A stretch of 64,000 nt of DNA from an uncultured Candidatus Saccharibacteria bacterium. Its GTDB lineage: Bacteria > Patescibacteriota > Minisyncoccia > Phycocordibacterales > UBA9973. The stretch covers positions 575 through 64,574 of the forward strand of contig CAYOLW010000003.1 of the NCBI GenBank assembly GCA_964404925.1, written 5' to 3'. Under the pieces are notes generated by a model that had not been told where the DNA came from, did not search any database, and worked only from the letters and a program-made list of their open reading frames with translations. Of the stretch, positions 1 through 9,640 are shown piece after piece; positions within the stretch are counted from its first letter, which is position 1; each line of letters begins with the position of its first letter. The translations under genes and the position numbers were made by a program.

Positions 1-304
1 GGTCACGATAATAATCAAGTCCACATTCACCAATACATACAACCTTTGGGTTTTTGCCCAGTTCTTTATATTTCTCTAAATCAAATTCTTCTTCAATATT
101 GTCCGCCGGATGCTGCCCAACACCAGCCCAAATAAAATCAAATTTTTCAGCGATTTCTACTGCTTCTTTTGAAGTCTCATAATCAACACCAATTGTAATT
201 GTACCAACCTCATTCTCTACCATGCGACGAATCACCCCTTCCCTGTCATCCTTGAGGGGGTTTAGATTTAAATGCGAATGTATATCTATGTATTTAATTT
301 CCAT
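1..304 (-). CDS. tatD: TatD family deoxyribonuclease (5' part, runs off window)
   Basis: Manual translation MEIKYIDIHSHLNL...GVGQHP...CIGECGLDYYRD carries TatD motifs DxHxH, GxHP and IGExGLDY; lies downstream of metG as is usual. Confidence 0.9.
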   Translation of the reverse strand, partial: MEIKYIDIHSHLNLNPLKDDREGVIRRMVENEVGTITIGVDYETSKEAVEIAEKFDFIWAGVGQHPADNIEEEFDLEKYKELGKNPKVVCIGECGLDYYRD

Positions 305-305
305 A

Positions 306-1784
306 TTAATCCTTGCGTGCGAAAAGCGGAGTTTCTGGTTTTTTGTTGGCACGAATTAATGCTTTTAATTTTTCGTTTGTTTCAGGTAAAACTGGATTTA
401 ATAATCGTGCTATCTGATAAAGATCAAGCATCATAGCAGAGATAAGTTCTTTACCTTTTACCTCATCAACTTTAACAACTTTAAATGGTTCGGTAGTTTG
501 AATCATTTTGTCTAAGTCTTCAATTTTGTTCCAGATATAATCCATTACCTTTTTTAAATCAAAGGACTCATATAAAGCAAAGTACCCTGTGAAATCTGAA
601 ACCTCAGGAATCTCAGGACATTTATCTAAATATTTTTCTGAAAGGGTTAATACGCGTGAAGCCAGGTTTCCTAGACCATTAGCTAGATTAGCATTGTATG
701 CTTCTTTAAATCTTTCTTTAGAAAAAGGACTGTCTTCAAATGAAGAAATTTCACGTAAAAGGAAATAACGCAATGCATCTGTACCATACTCATCTACGAT
801 TTCTTTTGGATTCACCACATTGCCAAGAGTTTTGGACATTTTTACCCCACCATCACCCATCACAAAACCATTCACTACTATTTGGTAAGAATTAGGCACA
901 CCAGCCGCCATGAGCATTGCCTGCCACATTGCAGACTGAAACCTAGTATTATCTTTACCACAATATTGTGTTGGGTTACCTTCTACCCAGTATTTCTGAA
1001 ACAAATCTTCTGTGTCTCCTTCGCCTTTAGCTTCGGCGGACCGAGGCCAGCCAAGGGTGTTTATATAATTTGTGAGTGCGTCAAACCATACGTACATCAC
1101 ATGCTCTGAATCACCTGGAACTTCTATGCCCCACGGCATTTTACTTTTCAAACGTGATATAGAAAAGTCTTGCAATCCTCTTTCAAGAAAAGCTTTTACT
1201 TCATTAAAGCGAAATTCTGGTATAACAAAATCTGGACGTTTAGCATAAAATGCTAAAAGCTTAGGTCCAAACTCACTATATTTAAAAAAGTAATTTTCTT
1301 CTTCAATTATTTGAATCGGTCTACCTGGGTGATCTGGACATTCGCCATTTACCAAATCAGAATCAGTCTTCTCGCTCTCGCAACCAACACAGTATTTCGA
1401 TGCATAATTCTTTTTGTAAATATATCCATTTTCCTGAACCTTATTCCAAAAAGCCTGGGCTGATTTAATATGATGTTCGTCTGTAGTGCGGATGAAATGT
1501 ATATCTTTAGTGACACCAAAAATATCGAGACTTTGCTTAAAATTTTCAAAACCTTGATCAACAAAAGCTTGCGGATCTAATCCAGATTCAGCTGCCTTCT
1601 CATAGATTTTAGTACCATGCTCATCTGTCCCTGTGTTAAAAAAAACATCAAAACCGGCAAGCTTTTTGTATCGGACAATAGCATCAGCTCGTACAAATTC
1701 TAAAGCATGACCCATATGCAGCTCAGCATTCACATACGGCAAAGTGGTGGTTATATAAAAACTCTTTTTTGTGTTTCCTTCCAT
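306..1784 (-). CDS. metG: Methionine--tRNA ligase (short form, no C-terminal tRNA-binding domain)
   Basis: YITTTLPYVN, HMGH, GTDEHG, YVWFDAL and KMSKT motifs; start chosen at MEGNTKK just after the upstream stop. Confidence 0.97.
   Translation of the reverse strand: MEGNTKKSFYITTTLPYVNAELHMGHALEFVRADAIVRYKKLAGFDVFFNTGTDEHGTKIYEKAAESGLDPQAFVDQGFENFKQSLDIFGVTKDIHFIRTTDEHHIKSAQAFWNKVQENGYIYKKNYASKYCVGCESEKTDSDLVNGECPDHPGRPIQIIEEENYFFKYSEFGPKLLAFYAKRPDFVIPEFRFNEVKAFLERGLQDFSISRLKSKMPWGIEVPGDSEHVMYVWFDALTNYINTLGWPRSAEAKGEGDTEDLFQKYWVEGNPTQYCGKDNTRFQSAMWQAMLMAAGVPNSYQIVVNGFVMGDGGVKMSKTLGNVVNPKEIVDEYGTDALRYFLLREISSFEDSPFSKERFKEAYNANLANGLGNLASRVLTLSEKYLDKCPEIPEVSDFTGYFALYESFDLKKVMDYIWNKIEDLDKMIQTTEPFKVVKVDEVKGKELISAMMLDLYQIARLLNPVLPETNEKLKALIRANKKPETPLFARKD
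1014..1041. repeat. Degenerate short palindromic element inserted in-frame in metG (encodes about RSAEAKGEG)
   Basis: gtctccttcgcctttagcttcggcggac is a GC-rich imperfect hairpin; the peptide looks like an extra loop between LGWP and D..FQKYW. Confidence 0.5.
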
Positions 1785-1785
1785 G

Positions 1786-2865
1786 TTATTTAGCATCTAC
1801 TCCGGCACGAACTATTGTCTTGCGTTTTTCGATATCATTCATAATCTCCATAATAATAACTGCAACAGGGATAGCTAAGAAAACTCCCCACACTCCAGCT
1901 AATTCAAATCCGACTAACACAGATAAAATCACAACTAAAGGAGAAAGTCCAACCACCCTCTTAACCACAAGTGGAGTAAACAAGAACACCTCAAATTGAT
2001 GGATAATCATATAAGCACCGGTTACCGATAATGCAGAACCAATGCCTCCAGAGAAATATGACAATGCTGCAGCTGGCACAAGGGCAATAATCATTCCGTA
2101 CGGCACCATCTCCATCACCCCAGCAATGATTGCAAGTAAAAGTGCATACTGAATGCCCAGAATAGAAAGTACTAGATACGTAAGTATCGCCACTAAAAGA
2201 CCCAAGAACATCTGGCCTTTAATCCAATAAGCAATCTTGCGTCTTGAGCGATCCCATAAATCAACTGCATAGTCCTCTACAGACATCGGCAAAATAATCC
2301 TAAGAAAAGCTTCAATACCCTTTTCTTGTATAGAAAGATAAAAAGACAAAACCAGTATTAAAATAAAGTTGAAAATACTACCAAAGGCAGCCGCCAGAGT
2401 GGAAAGGAATCCACTCGAGAGGTTATTAACGAAGGCCTTGGAAACATCAAGCAGTGAGGCAATAGATAAATTATTAGACAGACTAACTACTACGTCTTTA
2501 GCGCCAGAGAAAGCATCATTTTGAAAGTAATCCAGGAAATTAAAGTTCGGAACGTACTTAGAAATAAATGTAGCAAAGTTATATACCTCAGTAATCAAAA
2601 GCGGTGCAAAAAGATAGAAAAGCCCTGACAAAAACAAAAGGCTCACTACATAAAAAATAACAACTCCGAAAACCCGACCAATCTTTATTTTCTTGAAGTA
2701 AGGTATTGTTGATTCAACAAAAGAAGCCACGATAATAGAAGTCAAAATAACCATCATCAGGTCACGCAAAAACCAGAATAGGTATACCCCCAAACTAACC
2801 AAAACGGCCCGAATCATCGTACCGGTAGTTATAGAAATTTTTGTGGCCTTACTATTATCAAACAT
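1786..2865 (-). CDS. AI-2E/PerM family transporter
   Basis: Multi-TM protein with WIKGQ, ALLLAIIAGVMEMVPYG and P..VGLSPLVVILSVLVG..LAGVWGVFLAIP motifs. Confidence 0.9.
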   Translation of the reverse strand: MFDNSKATKISITTGTMIRAVLVSLGVYLFWFLRDLMMVILTSIIVASFVESTIPYFKKIKIGRVFGVVIFYVVSLLFLSGLFYLFAPLLITEVYNFATFISKYVPNFNFLDYFQNDAFSGAKDVVVSLSNNLSIASLLDVSKAFVNNLSSGFLSTLAAAFGSIFNFILILVLSFYLSIQEKGIEAFLRIILPMSVEDYAVDLWDRSRRKIAYWIKGQMFLGLLVAILTYLVLSILGIQYALLLAIIAGVMEMVPYGMIIALVPAAALSYFSGGIGSALSVTGAYMIIHQFEVFLFTPLVVKRVVGLSPLVVILSVLVGFELAGVWGVFLAIPVAVIIMEIMNDIEKRKTIVRAGVDAK

Positions 2866-2896
2866 ACAAACATAATAACACAAAAAAAGCAGCAAA

Positions 2897-4165
2897 CTAT
2901 AACTTTAGTATTTTGATTAGTTTGGTTTTATCTTTTATTGGACCAACAATTGCTAGGTTAATATTGGAAGTTCTAAATATCTCCCTGGCTACGTCCCTCA
3001 CCTGCTCGGCAGTCACACTGCCAATCTCTTTTGCTTTTTGGTCGGCGGTTTTTATTTCTTTTTTCAAGACTTCTTGCAATCCGTGGAAATGCGCAATACT
3101 ATCACTGGATTCAAGGTCCAGCTTCATATTACCCACCAAATAATCCTTTACTTTTTGCAACTCTTCTTTAGACACAATCTCTTCGGTTAGCTTTTTACAT
3201 TCAGCTAAAACAGCGACCAATACTTCAGACACACGCTTGTTGTCTACCCCAGCTGAAACCTGGAAATATCCATGGTCAGTATATCCATCATCATAGGCAC
3301 GCACGTAATAGCCCACACCCATTTCTTCACGTAATTTTTGGAAAAGCCGCGAGCTCATTCCCCCACCCAGCACACTAGCTAACACTGAAAGTGCGGCATT
3401 CTTTTTACTGAAAATATCAAAACTACGAAAGGCTAAAACGAAATGAGATTGATCGGTTTTTTTATACTGTGTTATCACGGCTGGCTTTTTTTGCTTTTCT
3501 ACAACCTTTACCTTGGTTCCTTTGTTGCCTTTAGGTATATGACCAAAAACACGAGTAACCTCTGCTAACACTTCAGACTCTTTGACCTGACCTGCTACAA
3601 CCAAAGTAGTCGCGTTCGGTACATAATGCGCACCGTGGTAATTAATAAAATCACTTCTTTTCATCGCGCGCACGTTCTCGCGAGTACCGGCAATGTTCCA
3701 CCCGGCCGGCTCTCTACTATACAAAAGCTCCATAATCATATCCTGCACATGACGATGAGGCATGTCTTCATACATATTTATTTCTTCTACAATCACACCC
3801 TTCTCTTTCTCGATTTCTAAAGCAGGAAAGGTCGAATTCAAATAAACATCGGAAACAACATCAAAAATTTGTTTGAAGTGCCGTGCCTCAGACTTAGCAT
3901 AATACCCGGTAAATTCTTGAGAAGTAAAAGCATTATATTGGCTACCCAATGCATCTAGTTCCCTAGATATATCTATAGCTTTCGGCCTCTTTTCTGTACC
4001 CTTGAAACACATGTGTTCCAAGAAGTGTGATATACCGTTTAATTTTTTAGTCTCATATTTTGAACCTGTTTCTACTAATACCAACACTGTGACTGTTGGA
4101 TTGTCTACCATTGGAATGGTTACCACTGTAAGCCCGTTTTTAAGTTTCTTTTTGGAAAATTTCAT
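2897..4165 (-). CDS. M16 family (pitrilysin/insulinase-like) zinc peptidase
   Basis: Inverted zinc motif HFLEH, NAFTSQE, LGGGMSSRLFQKLRE. Confidence 0.95.
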   Translation of the reverse strand: MKFSKKKLKNGLTVVTIPMVDNPTVTVLVLVETGSKYETKKLNGISHFLEHMCFKGTEKRPKAIDISRELDALGSQYNAFTSQEFTGYYAKSEARHFKQIFDVVSDVYLNSTFPALEIEKEKGVIVEEINMYEDMPHRHVQDMIMELLYSREPAGWNIAGTRENVRAMKRSDFINYHGAHYVPNATTLVVAGQVKESEVLAEVTRVFGHIPKGNKGTKVKVVEKQKKPAVITQYKKTDQSHFVLAFRSFDIFSKKNAALSVLASVLGGGMSSRLFQKLREEMGVGYYVRAYDDGYTDHGYFQVSAGVDNKRVSEVLVAVLAECKKLTEEIVSKEELQKVKDYLVGNMKLDLESSDSIAHFHGLQEVLKKEIKTADQKAKEIGSVTAEQVRDVAREIFRTSNINLAIVGPIKDKTKLIKILKL

Positions 4166-4196
4166 GCGGGTATTGTACCATATACTGGAGGTAAAT

Positions 4197-4224
4197 TTGA
4201 CTTTGATTATTCAGAATGTATACT
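4197..4224 (+). promoter_or_regulatory. Sigma70-type promoter of the lysA leader
   Basis: TTGACT (4197-4202), 16-nt spacer, TATACT (4219-4224); leader ATG 8 nt downstream. Confidence 0.65.
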
Positions 4225-4232
4225 GTCTCTGT

Positions 4233-4298
4233 ATGAAAATAAACGTTGCAAAGAAGACAAAGAAGATCGCCAAGTGTGGCGTGATGCTTTTGTCTTAG
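4233..4298 (+). CDS. Lys-rich leader peptide MKINVAKKTKKIAKCGVMLLS (putative lysA attenuator uORF)
   Basis: 6 Lys in the first 14 codons; its 3' end (4283-4299) is complementary to 4323-4337, which overlaps the terminator stem. Confidence 0.75.
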   Translation: MKINVAKKTKKIAKCGVMLLS

Positions 4299-4329
4299 CA
4301 AGTTTATTGAATAATATTAAAAGCTAAGC

Positions 4330-4359
4330 AAGGCATCCTATAAAGGATGTTTTTTATTT
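4330..4359 (+). terminator. Attenuator terminator upstream of lysA
   Basis: gcatcct-ataa-aggatgt hairpin followed by a T-run; mutually exclusive with the 4283-4299/4323-4337 pairing. Confidence 0.75.
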
Positions 4360-4391
4360 CCGCCTCTACGGCGGATCGCCGATGAGGCGAT
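4359..4391. repeat. Two adjacent short GC-rich hairpins (REP-like)
   Basis: tccgcc-tctac-ggcgga and atcgcc-gatga-ggcgat. Confidence 0.5.
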
Positions 4392-4411
4392 TTATTTATT
4401 AATTAAACAAT

Positions 4412-5644
4412 ATGAAAATAAACAATGTGGAAGTAAGCGATTTAGCAGCACAATATGGCACGCCGATTTTTATCTATGACGAGAAGAAGATAAAAGAAAA
4501 CTTCCGCAAGGTAACAGATGCATTTACTAAATATTATCCAAATTTCAAAATATACTACGCCATCAAAGCCAACAACAACCCGAGTATAGCGCGCATATTG
4601 ATAAACGAAGGTGTGGGCATCGATGCATCGAGTGAGAATGAAATAAAATTAGCCCGATATTTGGGTGTGACTGGTGAAGACATAATTTTCTCTGGTAACT
4701 TTTTATCCGATACTGATATACAAACAGGGATTACTGAAAAGGTACTTTTCAACCTAGACGATGTGTCACTACTCCCCCGAGTGTTAGCCTTTGGCAAACC
4801 AGAAGTATTGTCATTCCGTATAAATCCAGGCATAGGAAAAAGTAATGTAGGATATTTTGATGTTACTGGCGGACCAGAAGCAAAATTCGGAATACATATA
4901 AACGATGCAATTAATGCTTATCGCAGTGCTCAAGAATCCGGCATTAAAAGATTCGGTATACACATGATGGGAGGTAGCTGCGTAACAGATCCAGCTTATT
5001 TTGCTGACATTACTACCAGACTGTTTGACCTCATTGGTCAGATAAAAAAAGAACTTAATATTAATTTTGAATTTGTAGATTTAGGCGGGGGTCTGGGTAT
5101 AGCCTATCGTCCAGATGAAGTAGACCTCGACCTTGAGAAAACTGTGGAAGGAATAGCCAATGCTATTAATACAAAATGTAAAGAATATGATTTGGAAACT
5201 CCGCGTATTGTGATGGAACCTGGCCGATACCTAGTCGCCAATGCAGGGTACCTCATCGGGAAAGTCCTAGCACAGAAAAATACCTATAAAGAAATATGGG
5301 GATCTGACATTGGTATGAACATCACCCCTCGGGTAATACTCTATGAAGCATTTCATGAACTAGTGGTAAATGGTAAAGAAAACGAGTCATCCGAACCCAC
5401 CAATCTATGCGGGCAGATCTGTGAACAAACTGACTTATGGTGGCAGGGGCTACCTCTGCCGAAACTAGCAATCGGAGATATAATCGTTATGAAAAATGTA
5501 GGTGCTTACTGCTATGGCATGAGCTATCGATACAACGGCCGCCTACTACCTGCCGAGATACTAGTGCAGGAAAACAGCAGCACAAAAATAATCCGCCAAG
5601 CGGAAACATTTGAGGATACATTGAGGGGAACAGAAAAATTTTAA
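4412..5644 (+). CDS. lysA: Diaminopimelate decarboxylase
   Basis: YGTP, YAIKAN (PLP lysine), KFGI, DLGGG, EPGRY, G.ICE..D, GAY..MS..YN motifs. Confidence 0.93.
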   Translation: MKINNVEVSDLAAQYGTPIFIYDEKKIKENFRKVTDAFTKYYPNFKIYYAIKANNNPSIARILINEGVGIDASSENEIKLARYLGVTGEDIIFSGNFLSDTDIQTGITEKVLFNLDDVSLLPRVLAFGKPEVLSFRINPGIGKSNVGYFDVTGGPEAKFGIHINDAINAYRSAQESGIKRFGIHMMGGSCVTDPAYFADITTRLFDLIGQIKKELNINFEFVDLGGGLGIAYRPDEVDLDLEKTVEGIANAINTKCKEYDLETPRIVMEPGRYLVANAGYLIGKVLAQKNTYKEIWGSDIGMNITPRVILYEAFHELVVNGKENESSEPTNLCGQICEQTDLWWQGLPLPKLAIGDIIVMKNVGAYCYGMSYRYNGRLLPAEILVQENSSTKIIRQAETFEDTLRGTEKF

Positions 5645-5646
5645 AA

Positions 5647-5680
5647 TAAAAAGACCGGATTAAATCCGGTTTTTTTATTT
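5647..5680. terminator. Bidirectional intrinsic terminator between convergent lysA and glyQS
   Basis: accggat-taa-atccggt flanked by an A-run and a T-run. Confidence 0.85.
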
Positions 5681-5686
5681 ATAGTT

Positions 5687-7105
5687 TTAATTCAATTTAC
5701 TTTTCAAAAAATTTACTAGCTCAGAAACCTTTACTCTCTCTTGTGCTCCAGTATCTCGGTCGCGCACGGTGACTGTATCTTTGAGTTCTGGTTTCTCCTC
5801 TCCTAAAGTATCAAAATCTATAACTATACAAAACGGGGTGCCAATTTCATCTTGACGGCGGTAGCGCTTACCCACATTACCATTATCATCCCAAGCGATC
5901 TGGGGTATTTCTTTCTTCAGAGTAGCATAAACTTCACGCGCTTTGGTTACTAACTCTGTTTTATTCTTTAATAGAGGTGCAACCATTGCTTTTATTGGTG
6001 CCAAGTGTGGTGATAATTTCAAAACAACTCGTGTTTCTCCACCCAAGTCATCTTCATGATAAGCATCACATAGCACAGCCAGAAAGACCCGAGCCATCCC
6101 CATCGAGGTTTCAAGTATCCATGGTATATATTTTTCTCCAGTTCCAGAGTCGACATAATTCAAATCAACACCAGAGAATTGCATATGTTGAGTTAAATCA
6201 TAATTTGTACGGTCGTGTATTCCTTCAACTTCATCAAAACCCCAAGGGAATTTATACTCAATATCCCACGCATCTGAAGCATAGAAGACTAGATTCTCGT
6301 GCTGTTTCCAGTTTAAACTTTCTGGTTTTATACCAAGTGATAAGTACCAGTTCCATCTATCTTTTTTTATCTCTTCATAAGCTGCTTTATTTTCATTTGG
6401 CTTTACAAAAAATTGTGTGTCTGCCTGTTCAAACTCACGCTGTCGGAAAAGAAAGTTGCGAGGCGCTATTTCATTACGAAAAGCTTTACCAATCTGTACA
6501 ACACCAAAAGGAATTTTTGGGTGCATTGAGTCAACAATACCTTTATAATCAAGATAAATTCCCTGACATGCTTCACCAGGCAGATATACAGGCTCTGTCT
6601 CTTCCCCAGTAAAATCCCCTAAGTTAGATTTAACTAAAAGATTAAATTTTTTAACTTTTGAAAATTCTTTTGAACCACATTTTTCACACTTTATTTGTTC
6701 TCTATGTATATCAAATAAATTATTAATCTCAGTTTCGCTCATTTTTTCGTCAGCCGTCACTCCAATAGACTCTAGTACCTTGTCTACTCTAATGCGAGCG
6801 TTACACTTTTTACATTCAGCTAATGGGTCGGAAAATCCTTTAGTGTGGCCACTTGCCTCCCAAACTTTTGGGTTTTTAAACATTCCGGAGTCTATACCAA
6901 AATAATTTTCTTTCTGATACACATTCGCATTCCACCAAGATTTTTTTATATTATTCAAAAGTTCTACACCATTTGGACCGAAATCATACACACCTGCTAT
7001 TCCCCCATATATCTCAGACCCCGGGAATATAAAACCACGGCGTTTGCAAAGCGAAACTATTTTCTCCATTTCGGAATTTTCTTTTTGATTTTTTTCTTTT
7101 TCCAT
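5687..7105 (-). CDS. glyQS: Glycine--tRNA ligase, alpha2 (eukaryote/archaeal-like) type
   Basis: LCKRRGFIFPGSEIYGG, GKAFRNEI, REFEQ, GKRYRRQDEIGTP. Confidence 0.97.
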   Translation of the reverse strand: MEKEKNQKENSEMEKIVSLCKRRGFIFPGSEIYGGIAGVYDFGPNGVELLNNIKKSWWNANVYQKENYFGIDSGMFKNPKVWEASGHTKGFSDPLAECKKCNARIRVDKVLESIGVTADEKMSETEINNLFDIHREQIKCEKCGSKEFSKVKKFNLLVKSNLGDFTGEETEPVYLPGEACQGIYLDYKGIVDSMHPKIPFGVVQIGKAFRNEIAPRNFLFRQREFEQADTQFFVKPNENKAAYEEIKKDRWNWYLSLGIKPESLNWKQHENLVFYASDAWDIEYKFPWGFDEVEGIHDRTNYDLTQHMQFSGVDLNYVDSGTGEKYIPWILETSMGMARVFLAVLCDAYHEDDLGGETRVVLKLSPHLAPIKAMVAPLLKNKTELVTKAREVYATLKKEIPQIAWDDNGNVGKRYRRQDEIGTPFCIVIDFDTLGEEKPELKDTVTVRDRDTGAQERVKVSELVNFLKSKLN

Positions 7106-7107
7106 AA

Positions 7108-9033
7108 TTATTCTTGTACTCGTCCGGTAGCTGCAGCAGCGTTCGGATCAGTCTGCTTACCGATATTAGTATTAAGTGATGCTCGGTTAATCTGCACATC
7201 CACATTAGCAAAATCATCATGCCCCGTCAAAACTGAGTCATTGGTCAAAAGTGGCAGCTCACCCACCTGCACAAGTGATGGAGTAAATGATATTTGGAAT
7301 TCTACTTCTTTCGGAGGGTTTCCTTCCATGCCGGTTCCGCGACTTACTGTACCAGCGTTCCATATTACCTCTCGGCTAGCCGAATTATATGATACATCTT
7401 CTTGAGTAGGAGAAATATTGCCAGTGTATTTCACCCAAGTAGGCAGGGTTGAACGTACTTTTACATTCCTTAAATTATTAGAACTATTAGTAATAGTCCA
7501 GACCACACTGTATGTCGTCTCCTGTTCAGCTTTAGGTGGCACCTGACCAGTATTCTTTAATGCTGAATTATAGTAGGCAATCTTTGGTGTAAAAGTGGCA
7601 TCAGAAATAACTCGGATTATTTTAGTCTCAGAATTTTCTAGCTTTTTGGTTGAATTACCTTCTAATGCCTGTTTACCGGCAATAGACACATTGATTTGTA
7701 CTTGTGGGCTTTTCATTAATCCATCAGCAGACAAAAGTGGATTTACTTTAAAACTAAAAGATACAGATCCACTCTCCCCGGGTTCAATAGAAGTGAACTT
7801 TTCATTAGAATTTTTATCCCAAATAATCGTATCAATCAGTGAATTATAGAACCCGTCACGACTAGCAATAGTTTTCCTATTTAACGCATTGCCGGATAAA
7901 GTTGCTTTAATTTCTAAATCATTAATTTTAGTGCTTAGATTATTGTTCCATCTTATTTCTCCAGAAACTACATTCTGTGAAATAACTCCATATTCCCTAG
8001 AGTATTCTCCGTTCACCAATAACTGAGCATTAATAAATGGTTTTTTAATCCTTAAAGTGTGTGCCTGAGAATTATACACTACTCCGATTTCAGATTTTTC
8101 ATTTGGAGACTGTGCTCCAATCCAGACTTTGAAAGTCTTCTCTTCACCATCAAATACTTCAACGAACCTACCAACTACTGTTATAGACTTCTCATCCCCC
8201 GGTTTCATATCAGACAACTCCCACACGTTGTTGCCTATGTCTGAACTCGGACTTGCTGAAGTGAATTCAAAACCTACTGGGTAGTCTACTTTGACCGCAA
8301 TATTCTTTGTTGATGATTCAGTAGTATTCAAAGAAGTTCTAATTTTTAATGTTACGTCTTGATTTGGGGTTATTTCGCTCGGTGCATCTACCAGCAGGTT
8401 AATCGGGGTCGCATTAATTGTGACTTCGTAATCTTTTTCTTTTTCATAGATAGCATTAGAATCTTTGAAACGATATTCGACAGAAACTTTAACTGGCTGA
8501 ATCGAGCCCTGCTCACCAAACAACACAATAGATATATTCTCACTATGAACACCTCCAGAAGGTATAGTACCGATAGACACCCTTTGACGCTCCATGGTAT
8601 CTAGTGCTGTACCACTGCTACCCTTTGGGTATTCAGCCACCAGATCTACTAACTCAAGCGGGGCACTGTTCCTGTTGGTCACCTCCACCACAATTGGCAA
8701 CGGCTTGCCGCCATCGGTAAAAGTGTTACCGAGTATAACTATATCTATGTTTTCATTTGAAACAGTGTTGGTACCTTTAAAAGTACTGTACCCAACATAT
8801 AGTACAGCCAATACAAAAAAGATTATTGAGAACATGAAGAATTTTTTAAAAACTGAACTTTTCATATTGCTTTTGTGTGCCTGGTTTTCTTGTTCCCAAT
8901 TATCTTTAATTTCAAATTCTTTTTTGTGCGGGAAAGTATCATAAAACTCAATCTTGGTTTTATAACTACGACTCCAAAGTTTACCTTTGAGAGACTCTAA
9001 TCTGTTGAGATCCTCTCCATTATCAATTGCCAT
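7108..9033 (-). CDS. Single-TM membrane protein with repeated Ig-like (DUF11-like) extracellular domains
   Basis: One N-terminal TM (FFMFSIIFFVLAVLYVGY), then beta-rich repeats (YPVGFEFTSASP, W.L..M.PGD, LPTWVKYTG). Confidence 0.7.
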   Translation of the reverse strand: MAIDNGEDLNRLESLKGKLWSRSYKTKIEFYDTFPHKKEFEIKDNWEQENQAHKSNMKSSVFKKFFMFSIIFFVLAVLYVGYSTFKGTNTVSNENIDIVILGNTFTDGGKPLPIVVEVTNRNSAPLELVDLVAEYPKGSSGTALDTMERQRVSIGTIPSGGVHSENISIVLFGEQGSIQPVKVSVEYRFKDSNAIYEKEKDYEVTINATPINLLVDAPSEITPNQDVTLKIRTSLNTTESSTKNIAVKVDYPVGFEFTSASPSSDIGNNVWELSDMKPGDEKSITVVGRFVEVFDGEEKTFKVWIGAQSPNEKSEIGVVYNSQAHTLRIKKPFINAQLLVNGEYSREYGVISQNVVSGEIRWNNNLSTKINDLEIKATLSGNALNRKTIASRDGFYNSLIDTIIWDKNSNEKFTSIEPGESGSVSFSFKVNPLLSADGLMKSPQVQINVSIAGKQALEGNSTKKLENSETKIIRVISDATFTPKIAYYNSALKNTGQVPPKAEQETTYSVVWTITNSSNNLRNVKVRSTLPTWVKYTGNISPTQEDVSYNSASREVIWNAGTVSRGTGMEGNPPKEVEFQISFTPSLVQVGELPLLTNDSVLTGHDDFANVDVQINRASLNTNIGKQTDPNAAAATGRVQE

Positions 9034-9051
9034 TGTAAAATTATAACACAA

Positions 9052-9633
9052 CTAAAGCTGTGTTTCGCGCAAAGCTTGGTTAATAGCCCTTATGGCATGC
9101 ATTCTTTTGTCTGACATATCGTAAACCAACTCTTCGTGGAACGGAGATTCCACTAAATCACGGAGTGTGGCTTGGTCACCAATATAGCCTAGATTATTCA
9201 ATATTCGTAAAGCCATAACTATCTCGACACTATCTATGTCTTTTTTACTATCTTTTGATTCTAGGACCAAAAGCCCACGGATAAAATCATCAAATAATGC
9301 TTCGTTGGCATCTTCACCTCGCAAAAGCTTATATAACAGATTGCATAATTTAACCATCACCTGAAAAGCTACACGGTTGGTGCGGATAGATTCAAGTTTA
9401 TTTGTTTTAGATGCACTTGTTAGTCGCCACACATCTTTACCTCGAACTAAATCCACCTTCACGTGCGAATAATCAGCCAGCACATAGCGCAAACGCGAAG
9501 ACATTTTACGCACACCCTGAGTCCGCGCATATACCAAACCTAAATCCCGAGTAAAAAGATAATAGTACTTCCCTGTCTCGCCAAAGTTTCTACTACCCAA
9601 TATTATCGCTTCAGTGTGATAAATGTGGTGCAT
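9052..9633 (-). CDS. recO: DNA repair protein RecO
   Basis: TEAIILGSRNFGE..K...LFTRDLGLV.A...GVRK..SRL RecO N-terminal OB signature. Confidence 0.88.
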   Translation of the reverse strand: MHHIYHTEAIILGSRNFGETGKYYYLFTRDLGLVYARTQGVRKMSSRLRYVLADYSHVKVDLVRGKDVWRLTSASKTNKLESIRTNRVAFQVMVKLCNLLYKLLRGEDANEALFDDFIRGLLVLESKDSKKDIDSVEIVMALRILNNLGYIGDQATLRDLVESPFHEELVYDMSDKRMHAIRAINQALRETQL

Positions 9634-9640
9634 TATAAAT

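Noticed and set aside
4002-4298. 98-aa plus-strand ORF
   Set aside because: Mostly antisense to the M16 peptidase; only the last 21 codons (leader peptide from 4233) are credible
4200-4400. Lysine riboswitch or T-box upstream of lysA
   Set aside because: The leader is too short and AT-rich and lacks the L-box core and the UGGNACC bulge
5977-7405. Long plus-strand ORFs (211 and 186 aa) and the many other short antisense ORFs in the track
   Set aside because: They lie antisense or out of frame to well-supported genes and carry no motifs
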